A DNA stretch of 63,711 nt, counting the filler, from Octopus bimaculoides (lineage: Eukaryota): NCBI RefSeq assembly GCF_001194135.2. It is 5 parts of 3 records of this genome, joined end to end, with 100 filler letters (N's around TTAATTAATTAA, not from the genome) between each part and the next. Parts side by side here need not be neighbours in the genome. Positions count along the whole stretch, not along the records: positions 27,978 to 50,522 come from NC_068982.1; positions 50,623 to 60,548 come from NC_069001.1; 3 more parts are not named here. One strand, written 5' to 3'. This document shows, piece after piece, positions 37,922 to 51,027 of the stretch. Below the pieces are notes generated by a model that had not been told where the DNA came from, ran no database searches, and saw only the letters and a list, made by a program, of their open reading frames with translations. Each line of letters begins with the position of its first letter. Positions within the stretch are counted from its first letter, which is position 1. The position numbers and the translations under genes are program-made.

Positions 37922-38639
37922 NNNNNNNNNNNNNNNNNNNNNNNNNNNNNNNNNNNNNNNNNNNNNNNNNNNNNNNNNNNNNNNNNNNNNNNNNNNNNNN
38001 NNNNNNNNNNNNNNNNNNNNNNNNNNNNNNNNNNNNNNNNNNNNNNNNNNNNNNNNNNNNNNNNNNNNNNNNNNNNNNNNNNNNNNNNNNNNNNNNNNNN
38101 NNNNNNNNNNNNNNNNNNNNNNNNNNNNNNNNNNNNNNNNNNNNNNNNNNNNNNNNNNNNNNNNNNNNNNNNNNNNNNNNNNNNNNNNNNNNNNNNNNNN
38201 NNNNNNNNNNNNNNNNNNNNNNNNNNNNNNNNNNNNNNNNNNNNNNNNNNNNNNNNNNNNNNNNNNNNNNNNNNNNNNNNNNNNNNNNNNNNNNNNNNNN
38301 NNNNNNNNNNNNNNNNNNNNNNNNNNNNNNNNNNNNNNNNNNNNNNNNNNNNNNNNNNNNNNNNNNNNNNNNNNNNNNNNNNNNNNNNNNNNNNNNNNNN
38401 NNNNNNNNNNNNNNNNNNNNNNNNNNNNNNNNNNNNNNNNNNNNNNNNNNNNNNNNNNNNNNNNNNNNNNNNNNNNNNNNNNNNNNNNNNNNNNNNNNNN
38501 NNNNNNNNNNNNNNNNNNNNNNNNNNNNNNNNNNNNNNNNNNNNNNNNNNNNNNNNNNNNNNNNNNNNNNNNNNNNNNNNNNNNNNNNTATATATATATA
38601 TATATATATATATTTACTATGTGTATATATATATTTACT

Positions 38640-38725
38640 ACGTGTCTGTGGAGTGCTCAGCCACTTACACGCTAATTTCACGAACAGGCTGTTCCGTTGA
38701 TCGGATCATTTGGAACCCTCGTACG
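38640..38725 (+). mobile_element. SINE family B, 3' end
   Basis: Matches about 14140-14230. Confidence 0.9.
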
Positions 38726-38769
38726 TACCACCTGCTCATAACTAATTGAATATCAAAAATCTTTATTCC

Positions 38770-39030
38770 AGATCTTTTATCTGCTATTATTCACCATTTG
38801 ATATTTTACTCCAATCCCAGATGTTATCGAACCAATTTGTTCTAGGTCTTCCACTCGAGTGTTTGCCATTTATCTTTTCTTCTAATAATAGTCTTTGTAT
38901 ACCGTATGCTCTTACTATGTGACCAAAGTATTTTAGCTTCCTTTTCTTTAATAGTTGAGAGTAATGATCTTTTTGTATTTTCTAGTTTGTTGTGCTTCTT
39001 CATGTATTACGCTTAAAATGATGGTATCAC
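38770..39030 (-). mobile_element. RTE-type LINE, 3' fragment
   Basis: KLKYFGHIVR..LLLEEKINGKHSSGRPRTNWFDNI. Confidence 0.8.
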
Positions 39031-40299
39031 AATGAGTCACGTTGTAATATAGGTATTACTTGGACTCTCTAAAAACATATTCTATGTTTATCTATCTAGG
39101 GTTCATTACCATTTCATGGAAGCACGTGACTGTAAAATTGTTCCCTTACAAAAAACAAACTCCCTAACCGTCCTGTTCGAGCACAGTTACTTTTGAGGTA
39201 ACATCTGAAAGGTAATGGAGGTCGACATAAGGATACACATCTTTAAAGTTTGAGTCTGTTACTCTTACCTTTCCAATATCTGCCCTTCGGTTTCCGTTAA
39301 GTGCCATCTAGCGGACATCATTGCTCTCCCACAGCACCAATTAATGCTTATCGTCTTTGAAAACTTCATCGAAAACATAACTATTGCCCTTCTCATCAAT
39401 AAAGTCCACAATCATCTGCCACGAGAACCTTTCGTGTTTTGTTGCTGTTGTTGTTAATGTTTTGCCCATATCATCCTTGATCAATCAGACTTAAGATAAA
39501 AAGCATTCCAGCCATGACTGTCCAATCTTTGTGTATATCTGGAACTACATTATTTAGGAATATAAACAGCGTGAGAGAGTAAGCCTTTTAGTGATCACTC
39601 GACCAGCAAAAAGTAGCGGACAAACCTCCCTTAAAAAGAGAAGACATATAATGCAATTGAGGATACGCTATCCTGAAAAAGCAATACCCACCGCAAAAAA
39701 AGAAAAAAACAAAACAAAAAAAAGACAGTATGGTCATAACAATATTGCACAGTTTTTGTAATAACTTAATATAGCAGACTAACGCCATCGTTATTCGATA
39801 AATAGACGAGTTAAAACTCAGGTTTATTTGTAAATGTATTAGTTATGTTACTATCTCATGTACACACAAACACAGAAACACACAAGCACACACTAAGACC
39901 CACACACATACGCTCATATGCTGACAAATACAGAGATGATTTAGGCCTATCTTTGGCCTAGATCCTGTAAGACAATCAAGGGCAATGTCGACATAACTCT
40001 CAATGAAAATAGATAAGACACGTGTGAGCTATTTCCAGCCAGATATTATTCTCTAAGGTCAACGCAGACTAACTGATAGTTCCTCGCTTGGCCAGCAAAT
40101 AGAAGATTCAAGGTTCGATATAGGTTAGTAAATCTATTGTACAACGATAAACTGTATCGTTTGATGACGACATTTTTGTCTAATGTGTGACGTATAAATT
40201 TTGTATAATTTGAATAATGTTTCTTCGATTAAGTTCAGTACAATTGGTAGCAAAACATAAAGACAATTTGATATAAATTCGTTGTTTTCCTCTTTTCAT

Positions 40300-40500
40300 T
40301 CTTTTGTTTCTTGTCACTGGACTGCGACCATGCTACAGCATAGTCTTTAGAGCTTAATTGAACAAAACGGCACCTCAATATTTATTATACTCATTTTAAG
40401 TCTAGTACTTGCTTTGTTTTTATTAGTCTGAAGCGGAAAATCATGGGGTACGTAAACGATTGTTAAACGGCGGTGGAGGACAAACATAAACACAAAGACA
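40300..40500 (-). mobile_element. SINE family C, 3' half, degenerate
   Basis: Tail and body similar to 28770-28960. Confidence 0.65.
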
Positions 40501-40644
40501 TATCCATCTATCTATTCATCCATTCATACATATACACAAGCATGTACATACATACATATATATAGATACATATATATACTCACATACATGCACACATATT
40601 TTATATACATACATACATACATATACATACATATATATATATAT

Positions 40645-40775
40645 GCCTTATCTTCGAAACGTCGAGTTAGAATAGAGGCAGCTGATGAATAATTCCAAGT
40701 GGCTTTCTGTTTTCCTATGTGTTCGTTCCGTTGTCTGTAGTTCATTGTTCTAACGTCCTGTACCCTGATATGCAT
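40645..40775 (+). mobile_element. Penelope-like terminal-repeat remnant with the 3' half of a hammerhead
   Basis: ATCTTC-GAAA-CGTC-GAG at 40650-40666; upstream half replaced by microsatellite. Confidence 0.4.
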
Positions 40776-41384
40776 CTATATACACATGTAGATGAAAGTA
40801 TATACATATATGTGTGTATACATGCATATATATTTTTTGTATTATATATATATATATATGTATACAACCCTCTATCCATCCATCCATCCATCCATCCATC
40901 CATCCATCCATCCATCCATCCAATCATCTATCTATCCATACATACATACGTTGTGTGTATAAAAGTAAGTATAATTATAAAATTACTCCAATGCTTTATT
41001 CCAGTATCACTTCCCTGATTACTGACGNNNNNNNNNNNNNNNNNNNNNNNNNNNNNNNNNNNNNNNNNNNNNNNNNNNNNNNNNNNNNNNNNNNNNNNNN
41101 NNNNNNNNNNNNNNNNNNNNNNNNNNNNNNNNNNNNNNNNNNNNNNNNNNNNNNNNNNTGACCAAGAAATTGAAAAATTTAAATCGGTAACGCCATGTGA
41201 TCTACGATTGGATTCCACTGCACAACACTTTGGTTAAGTATCTTTTATCACTGCTTCGATTGATTCGAACAAACGTGAGTGAAATTACCCTTAAAGATAA
41301 AGGATACTATACTGAATCCCCTTGGATGGAACTATTGTCGAAGGGTTGATTTAACCGTCGCTCTGTTAAATATTACAGCTCGTC

Positions 41385-41600
41385 TAGAGCGGCGTGCCGG
41401 CAGACTTCTTAGCACGTCGGGCAAAACAAAAAAAAAAAAATGCTTTGCGGTGTTTCGTCCTTATGTACGTTCTGAGTTCAGATTCTGCCGAGGTCGACTT
41501 TCGGGGTTGATAATATAAATACCAGATGGGCACTAGGGGTGATGTAATCGGTTTAATCCTTACCTAGAAATTGCTGGCCTTATGCCAAATTTGAAACCAT
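41385..41600 (+). mobile_element. SINE family A
   Basis: Similar to 2583-2800. Confidence 0.8.
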
Positions 41601-41838
41601 TATTACAAGCTATCCTTTGAAAACTCCTTTCGATATCTTGTAACTTAATCCGGATAATCACATCGTCTGGATAGTACTTTAGGATACTGAGGTCTTCCTC
41701 CACCAGTCCCACCCGGTTTCCAGAGCGTATTCAAAAGTTCGTAGATACTGCCCCCACTCACCTTTGGCTAACATTTGAAAATCATAAATTTTCAATCGTA
41801 TGAATTGAAACACTTTGTTATCTATCTACAAACACAAA

Positions 41839-41940
<102 letters not shown>

Positions 41941-42231
41941 CTCAAACACGTATATTTATGAGAGGGAGGAAAGGAGTGTGAGAACGAGACGGAACCCATC
42001 TCTAACGTTATATGTAGAACAGACTGACAACACGTGCACATTTTGACGTGTGGTCACAGTGTGTGTGGTTGTGTGTGTGTGTGTGAGTGTGTGTGCACGC
42101 GCGTGTGTGTATGTCTGCATGCGTGCGTGTGCTTGTGCTTGTGCTTGTGTGCGCGTGTGTGTGGGTGTATTATTATATATATTTATCCTTGTTTGTACAA
42201 ATACATTTGTGCACGAATATGTTTACATTAA

Positions 42232-42307
42232 AAGGCGGCGAGCTGGCAGAAACGTTAGCACGCCGAGCGAAATGCTTAGAGGAATTTGGTCTATCTTTAC
42301 GTTCTGA

Positions 42308-42310
<3 letters not shown>
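42232..42310 (+). mobile_element. SINE family A head
   Basis: AAGGCGGCGAGCTGGCAGAAACGTTAGCACGCCG. Confidence 0.85.
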
Positions 42311-42359
<49 letters not shown>

Positions 42360-42801
42360 AATTATAAGCAGCACTAATAATGATGTCACATACTTATTGT
42401 ACGTGTTTTATTTATTCGCTCTTTGGTTGGGGAATAACATCAAAGGGAAAAAATCCCTCTGAGACGCCAAGTGTTAAAGAACATTGATCGAAATCGATGA
42501 TTATCAATAATTCACTCTTTTTGCAGCTTTTCTGTATTCTATACTCGAGTCACCTCGGAACGAATTGCTATCGCTGGTTTAAGGCTCGATCACCTACAGG
42601 GCGAGTTGTCTTTCTTGATTTGAGGTTTCCAGTGTTTTTTAGCAGGCGGCGTCGTCAGGGGATTTTTTTCTGACGCTATTCCACCGCCAATAAACGCATA
42701 AAGAAAACACATGCAATTAGTATGTTTTATCGATAATACACACACACATGCACACACACACAAACACACACACACACACACACAGAGGCACAGAGACGCA
42801 C

Positions 42802-42851
<50 letters not shown>

Positions 42852-43151
42852 CGAGAGAGAGAGAGGGAGAGAGAGAGAAGGGATATATTTTAAACCGTGC
42901 TTTTGCTCGTTCGTTTCATCATAGACTAAACCATAGAATGTGTGTTTCCACAAGTCGGTATTCTTTTCATGGCGTATAAAATGCGCAGAGGTTACATGAC
43001 TGTGACTCGTTCTTAATACCTGTTCATTATCTTAATATCTGTATATCACATTGCTCATATACTGTTGCTCTCTCCTTCGTCTCTTAGTTTCCAAATGTAC
43101 TTTGAAAGTCGTGTGTTGTTTTTCTGGTAGCGATGACGGAGTGACGAATAT

Positions 43152-43212
<61 letters not shown>

Positions 43213-43629
43213 GTCCACCAACTTAGCTCAGCTATCTACGTATATCAGTGTGGGACAGAACAGATCTACCAGTTTAGCTCCTTAATAACATTACTGAATG
43301 TGAACCCCGTCACTTAAAGTAACCTTTGAGCTAATTACCTCTGGATGGTCAAAGCCAATATAATAGTGATTTAATGAAAGTATACACGTGCGCGTGCACA
43401 CGCACACATAGGTAGACATACACGCACACACACACACAGGTAGACATACACGCACACACACACACGTAAGTCTAAATACATATACATACATATAGATATA
43501 TGAATTTATCTACCTACCTACCAACATACATACAAATACATACGTACACACACATACATACATACATACACGTACATACATACATGCATACATACATACA
43601 TACATGCATACATACATACATACATACAT

Positions 43630-43681
43630 GGTACCTCAGCATGGCCACAGCCTTATGGCTGAAACATAAAAGAATAAAAGG
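43630..43681 (+). repeat. Solo 3' tail of the SINE C/CR1-like LINE type
   Basis: CCTCAGCATGGCCA-CAGCCTTATGGCTG-AAACATAAAAGAATAAAAG. Confidence 0.8.
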
Positions 43682-43759
43682 CTCATAGTCACGTATGATT
43701 GAATGTTGAAAAAGTTAACTCCTGTCTGAGTACAATCATCTCTTGTTACATTGCAAATT

Positions 43760-44460
43760 TCATGGGTGTTACCATAGAAACCTTCAAGAGAAGAAAACCG
43801 CCAACCATGAAGCTACTAACTACTTCCAGAATTATGTAATCAATGTTAAAAATTACGTTTTCTTCGTCCTTCCTAATTAATAGGTGAATAGTGCAATCCT
43901 TGGAAAGTGTTTCTCAGTCAATTGAGGTGCTACCGATTCTCTCCATCACCATACTTTCGAAAAGAAGCAACCCGTTTGTAATTCTATATTTCTAGCTGGT
44001 CGCACCTATATATCCTACGTCTCCCCATTCTTCAGGAGCTTACCATCGTAGTGTGTCTTCCAAAAAGTTCCCGTGAAAGAACAATTTTCCTCCTGGTAAT
44101 CCGGTTTTAATACGAGGGCCAGAAGCCGAACGTTCCTCTGGTTTTACGTCAGTGTATTCTTTTTCTAGAGAGATTATCAAGCAAGAAAATAAGAATACAT
44201 TGCTCCCTGGTGGTCTTGCAGTATGCTCGTTCCTTTCACGAGTATTTTGCTGTCTACGTGCAATTCCTAGATTGTAATGTCAGTGACCCTACGTTGGGTT
44301 CATGCGTCCTTTTGACAGGAACTGTTTTCTTCGTCTTCTTGTGTTCCTATCAACCGTTCCCACTCAGCAAATCTGGTGGTGGTGATAGGTCTGGGTTAGT
44401 CACCGACGACCCGACCATGTAACAGGCTGTTCTTGATTACATTACCAGTAGCACTCCTAA
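43760..44460 (-). mobile_element. Possible old LINE 5' region and AP-endonuclease remnant
   Basis: LTLQSRNCT resembles LxIATWNVRT; the rest is only weakly similar. Confidence 0.3.
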
Positions 44461-45703
44461 GCGATCCTACGTATACATACATGCATACATACGTATATAC
44501 ATACATACGTACTTACATGCAGACGTACATACACACAAGCGTACATAATACATATATACATACATTATACATCAAGATGTCACTTTATGTATGTATATGT
44601 AAATGTTTACGCAAACGTCTCCAATTGTACCCATACGTAATTACTTTAGTGCGCAAACTATGGGTAAATGATATGATTATAAGATTGTGTGTGTGCTTGT
44701 AATCATTGCACGTCTGTAGCGGAGGAAAAGAAACTACGTTGATAAGTCCATATTGAAAAATCATCCGTTGTCACAGATTATCTTATGTCACTAATTATCT
44801 CATTAAACTTCTCAGGACATCGAGAGAAAGCGGTGGGGTATTGTTCAGGAGATAGATATAACGATAAAGTGAGAGTATAGTCAAGTGAGAAGATGGATGG
44901 AGAAGAATAAAGAATTAAGGAGGAGTGGTGGGATGAGATTCAGAGAAAATGAAAAAAGGAAGGGAAAGAAAAGAAACGATGGCTTGATGGGGGGGGAAAC
45001 GAAGGGGGTGGAGGGAAAATCGCAAAGAAGGAAACAGGAGGAGCAAGAAAGAGAAGTCTTCCAGAGAATTTAAAGAGATTAAAAAATATACGAGTGTGGA
45101 TGGACATGTTTGTGTATGTACATTGCATGTATGNNNNNNNNNNNNNNNNNNNNNNNNNNNNNNNNNNNNNNNNNNNNNNNNNNNNNNNNNNNNNNNNNNN
45201 NNNNNNNNNNNNNNNNNNNNNNNNNNNNNNNNNNNNNNNNNNNNNNNNNNNNNNNNNNNNNNNNNNNNNNNNNNNNNNNNNNNNNNNNNNNNNNNNNNNN
45301 NNNNNNNNNNNNNNNNNNNNNNNNNNNNNNNNNNNNNNNNNNNNNNNNNNNNNNNNNNNNNNNNNNNNNNNNNNNNNNNAATGATTGTAGGAGCATCGGG
45401 AATGATCAAAAGAAGGAACTAAAAATTATTTGAGAATGATATCTGGCTTACCATTCCCGCAAGAAGTGCAATAATTGTTTTAACTGGTACGTTACACGTA
45501 TTCAGAAGAGCATTGTCACTATGAAAATGATACGTTTCCATGTAAATAACTTTGTTTTTCAAAACTTATTTGATTTTGTAAGTGAACAATCTGGAGTGTT
45601 TATCTTAATGGCCTATCAATGTGTACAATGATCTTCTTTGCCCTAGGTGTCAGGAAGACACTCTGTCAGGAAGAAATGGGAAGAAAATTGAAGCAGAAAG
45701 ACA

Positions 45704-45751
<48 letters not shown>

Positions 45752-45879
45752 GACGACGACGACGACAACAACAACAACAACAACAACAACAAGAAGCTTA
45801 CTGAATACAGTGCAAAAGATGGTACAGAAAGCAGCAATAAGTCTTGTAAAGAAATAGAGCAATAATAGAAGTACAAGTA

Positions 45880-46401
45880 CAGTAATACCTCCCTTTATGA
45901 CGACCCGCTTTACGAGACTCCGGATTCACGAGTTTTATTTTTCAGCTCACTTTTGTATGGTGAGCTGAAATTTTTGAAGCACATGTTACATTAAATTTAT
46001 AGAGAGCGAAAGAAAGCTTCTTCTAAGCAAACAACTCTAGATTTGTTTTTTGAAAAGAAACCTACAAGTCCGTCTACGAGTGCTTGTGAAACGACGATCG
46101 CGTCTAGAAACGATGGTGTGCGCGAGTCTATTGCGATTGAAAGTGATTCAGAAAATGATTATGATTAATAATATATTTTTTTTATAAATGATCTTGACAT
46201 TCTTTTTACTTTACATAAAATGTTCTTTACATTCTACTGTTGTTTTATTGCCATTATAAATTTTATCGGTAAAATATTTTTGTGAGAACAAATTACGATT
46301 TATAACATTGCTACTATGGGAAATCATTGCTCTGTTTTACGAGTTTTTGCTTTACGAGTGGTAGCAGGGAACAAATTAACTCGTATAACGAGGCATTACG
46401 G
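45880..46401. mobile_element. Tigger/pogo-like non-autonomous element
   Basis: TA|CAGTAATACCTC...GAGGCATTACGG|TA imperfect TIRs, TA duplication, repeated TTTACGAG subterminal words. Confidence 0.8.
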
Positions 46402-47415
46402 TACAGTACACAAAATATAACACAAAAAGATAAAAATGTCAACAGTAGAAGAGTCATAATGAAGAAAGGATGGATAGCCATGACAGGAGTGGTGGTGGTG
46501 AATGCTAGAAATAACAACCAGATTTTCCTCATATATTCTATCACTGTACAAAAAGGAAGATGTTGGACGTTGGACAATAAAGAGCAGGGTATATAGGGAA
46601 CATGTTTGATCATAACCCTACATAATCACTGTTGACCTTGGGCTAAACAACAACAACAGCAGCAAAAGCCGAATCTTGTTCCATAGTAATTTGCTGTTCT
46701 CTGGAGGTAATGATACGATAAGGTACGGAAAGTGCCATGAAAGGGAAATTGTTTGGGTTTATTTTTATGGGCCAAATACTGTGTCTTGTGAAGGAAAAGA
46801 AAAAGCAACAACGACGACGACGACGACGACGACGACGGCAACAGCGACAACAGCAACAGCAGCAGTAGTAATAATATTAGCAACACCACCAACAAGAATA
46901 GAAGCAACAGTCGTAAGCAGTATTTCCACCACTAACAACAACGACGACGACTATGTTTCTGTGATGACGACTTTAGATGTTGGAAATATAATAACGTTTC
47001 ATTGATGTGAAAGAAAGCCAACATTATCAGTGAATAAATAGAAAGTTATTAGGAATAACAAACCAAGTCTGTTTGGTGAGGTTTAAAGAGTAAACCCAGG
47101 TGAATATAGTATATTGCTCGACCGATAAGGATGAGGATGATAATGAGGACGACGTCGACGACGAGGATGATAATGATGATGATGATTGTGGTGGTGGCCA
47201 TGATGATGATGATGGTGAGGAGCAGGAGAAGGAGGCGGAAGTTTATATGAGTCATGGAACGAATCACTTTTACTTATGGCATTCAGGCACATGATGAAGT
47301 ATGGGTGATGCACCAATCGACTTAAAAATATATCAATATATTTTGTATCCAAGTATATAAAAGAACTCTCGTAATTTACTTCTCAAATTATTATCCATCC
47401 ATCCATCCACCTATG

Positions 47416-47478
<63 letters not shown>

Positions 47479-47533
47479 TTATTGTCTCTATTTTGGAGAC
47501 GAACACCGATGTTCTGCGTGATAGGCTTGATAA

Positions 47534-48617
47534 CACTGGTCAACAAAGTTAAATATATTATACTCATTATGAATGCAAACCAACGTTTTTAGACTAATTT
47601 TTCATGCTGATTTCAAAATTCCACTCCATTTGTATGCTTTATCTTTTGAGAGGGATAGGTCTCTGACAAGGTCATTCAGTTCAGCTTGGGAAAATTTTTG
47701 AGGTTCAAAGTTATCGTCATCAGCCATGTAATCTTCCTGAGTAGCACTATGGTGACAGTCAGCATCATCATCTAATGTTTCAATACCATCACCTGGTAGA
47801 ACTGGAATTGGCAGACTTCCGTTGTGAGGCAAAGGTCTCATTGCAGAATCCAAAATGGGATACACAATTTTGTGTTTATTCTTCATAGAAAATCCTGTAA
47901 CATTTATTTTGCAAAAATAACAGTCATTAAGATGGTCTTTCGGCTCCCTCCATGTCGTTGGAATGGCAAAAGGCATGGACTTCTTAATGAACCAGTCACA
48001 TAAGCCATTTGAGCAAGCTGAGCAGATAAAATATGGTGCCCATAACTTGTCCTGATCTGCAAGAGGACAGTCAAAATATAGCTTTAAAATCTTCTTGATC
48101 TCTCGTGTTTATTGTACCTTTTTGAGCTTTCACAATAAATTATCCACAGACATAACAAAACACATCAGGGTGATTTCTACACTGTCTTGACATTGTTAAT
48201 ACTGCAAAACAAGTAAGGAAATGGATACAAACGGTTATACTTATATTGAATTTGAGATGATGAAATGTTTCATTAGATCAATCATGAATTAGACACTTTG
48301 AGTTGTTGAAATACCTATTTCATCAGAGAAAATTTGATTGGTTGATTTAAGATGATGAAATATTGCATCTGAACTATGCAGCGATGAATAATGTAGTTTA
48401 TTTTAAAGGTATGTTTCAATGATGTAAGTGAAGTACATGCATACACGTCATCAATTGGAAGTTCTCTATAATGCATGAGTTAACCCCCCCCCCCAATTTA
48501 TCATCTTGAAAACTGTACGTCATGTCAAAAAACTAATTGCATATTTGAAATTAGCATTAAAAACTACACTATGTACACCTTGACATATGCTTGATGAAAA
48601 GTACTTGTTGACTAGTG
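47534..48617 (-). mobile_element. Chapaev3-like (CMC superfamily) internally deleted DNA transposon
   Basis: TIRs CACTGGTCAACAA / TTGTTGACTAGTG with TAA on both sides; family assignment from remembered motifs. Confidence 0.8.
47625..48193 (-). pseudogene. N-terminal transposase fragment of the Chapaev3-like element
   Basis: MSRQCRNHPDVFCYVCG*, DQDKLWAPYFICSAC, PTTWREPKDHLNDCYFC, SAMRPLPH, FSQAELNDLVRDLSLSKDKA; catalytic core deleted. Confidence 0.85.
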
Positions 48618-48685
48618 TAATCGATAGGCATTCCTTAACATGAAACCAATGGTTACTTTAATACATACATAACATACATACATAC

Positions 48686-48716
<31 letters not shown>

Positions 48717-50248
48717 TGTATGTATGTATGTATGTATGTATGTATGGATGTATGTATGTATGTATGAATGTATGAAGATCGGANNNNNNNNNNNNNNNNN
48801 NNNNNNNNNNNNNNNNNNNNNNNNNNNNNNNNNNNNNNNNNNNNNNNNNNNNNNNNNNNNNNNNNNNNNNNNNNNNNNNNNNNNNNNNNNNNNNNNNNNN
48901 NNNNNNNNNNNNNNNNNNNNNNNNNNNNNNNNNNNNNNNNNNNNNNNNNNNNNNNNNNNNNNNNNNNNNNNNNNNNNNNNNNNNNNNNNNNNNNNNNNNN
49001 NNNNNNNNNNNNNNNNNNNNNNNNNNNNNNNNNNNNNNNNNNNNNNNNNNNNNNNNNNNNNNNNNNNNNNNNNNNNNNNNNNNNNNNNNNNNNNNNNNNN
49101 NNNNNNNNNNNNNNNNNNNNNNNNNNNNNNNNNNNNNNNNNNNNNNNNNNNNNNNNNNNNNNNNNNNNNNNNNNNNNNNNNNNNNNNNNNNNNNNNNNNN
49201 NNNNNNNNNNNNNNNNNNNNNNNNNNNNNNNNNNNNNNNNNNNNNNNNNNNNNNNNNNNNNNNNNNNNNNNNNNNNNNNNNNNNNNNNNNNNNNNNNNNN
49301 NNNNNNNNNNNNNNNNNNNNNNNNNNNNNNNNNNNNNNNNNNNNNNNNNNNNNTCGCAAAAATAAAAATAAACTCTAGAGGCTGCGTAAATTACATGAGT
49401 AGATCGTTTCCAGAACTTTTTTAGAAATTTTTTTTGCTCAAAAATGACGTACAAATGTAAACATTCGTATCAGAAGTTGACTCATTTAATGTCAGAACAG
49501 GTTTTTTTACAGAAAATATATATTGAAGTTGACTTTTATTTATGCTGGACGGTATAATGGATACTTTTTCTGTATAAATTTACTAAAACCATTAAATGGT
49601 TAACTACTTTTTGAAGTTTGACGTTCATGCTGGTAATCACGGTCCGGGCCATATTTTACATTGCTTGGAGTTTCTACCTATCGCAATGGAGCCCAGCAGT
49701 TTCGTTAAATAGCTCAGTTTTTCTCCGCTTAGAGAGTCTAGCTTATATTTGCACCAAGAAGCTATTTGCTCGCTTTCTCCACGTTACGACACAATGAAAT
49801 TCCTCACCGCCGATATCGCCGCTATCAGCTCTTACTCCATCTAACGTCGACAACGACAACATCATAATTCATCCTTGTGCATGTAAACTCACTAAGTGAA
49901 TATGACTTAGCGCTCTTACAGAAACCTTCATTTACTTTATACGATGTTTAATGTCGTTTTACATTCATGTTGAACTATGCAGCAACCTTATGTTCTCTTC
50001 ATAGAACACTTGTAATGTATGTATTACCAGTTCTTTTGGTATAGTAGATTTTTACGGTTCTTAGTGTGAAAGGAATTAAAATTTCGATACTCTGTATCAA
50101 AGGTTGCGAAAAGGATTGGCAGAAAATCAGAGCTTGAGACAAGAAGACACTTTCAACCAATCGGAATTCTGTTTACATAATCAGTTTGATTGGTTACCTT
50201 CCTCTGTCGGTTGAGTAAAATGTCATCGAAGCTGATGTTTATTGGTAA

Positions 50249-50339
50249 CTAGCAGAAATACCCGGCGTTGCCCGGGTTAAAGAGAATAATGAAATCTAAA
50301 AACGCCGTCTAGACTACGCATCATCTTTATATATAGAGA
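50249..50339 (-). mobile_element. 91-bp non-autonomous Helitron
   Basis: Minus strand A|TC...CCCGG-GCAACG-CCGGG-TATTTCTG-CTAG|T: TC start, GC hairpin, CTAG end, A/T insertion site. Confidence 0.8.
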
Positions 50340-50522
50340 TGTATATACACACACGCACCCAAACACACGTATATATATGTATATCAATATAAATATATGA
50401 AAGTCAATGAAGTTTCGTAAAAGAAAGTGATCATGTACATACTTTCTTGCTGTTGTGATTATAACACCTCATTGTAAACTATGTTCCTTGCTTTCCCTTG
50501 TGGAGCATATACAAATAGGTTT

Positions 50523-50622
50523 NNNNNNNNNNNNNNNNNNNNNNNNNNNNNNNNNNNNNNNNNNNNTTAATTAATTAANNNNNNNNNNNNNNNNNNNNNN
50601 NNNNNNNNNNNNNNNNNNNNNN
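50523..50622. other. Artificial scaffold spacer
   Basis: N44-TTAATTAATTAA-N44. Confidence 0.97.
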
Positions 50623-50702
50623 TCACATTACTTAAATAAATTGAAGTAGCATGAAACGTGCGTACTGCAATCACTTTTGAAATCCGTGTTGCTTATTATT
50701 TG

Positions 50703-50745
<43 letters not shown>

Positions 50746-50958
50746 AACACATATATATTATATCATCGTCATCATCAATTACCAAAGACAGAGATTATAT
50801 GATGATAATAATATATACATACACTCATATACATATTGCCAAAAATACATACATACATACACACACAAACATATATATATATATACACACACAGACACAC
50901 TCACACATACATACACACACACACACAAACACCTGTATGCATGTATGTATGTGTGTGC

Positions 50959-51027
<69 letters not shown>

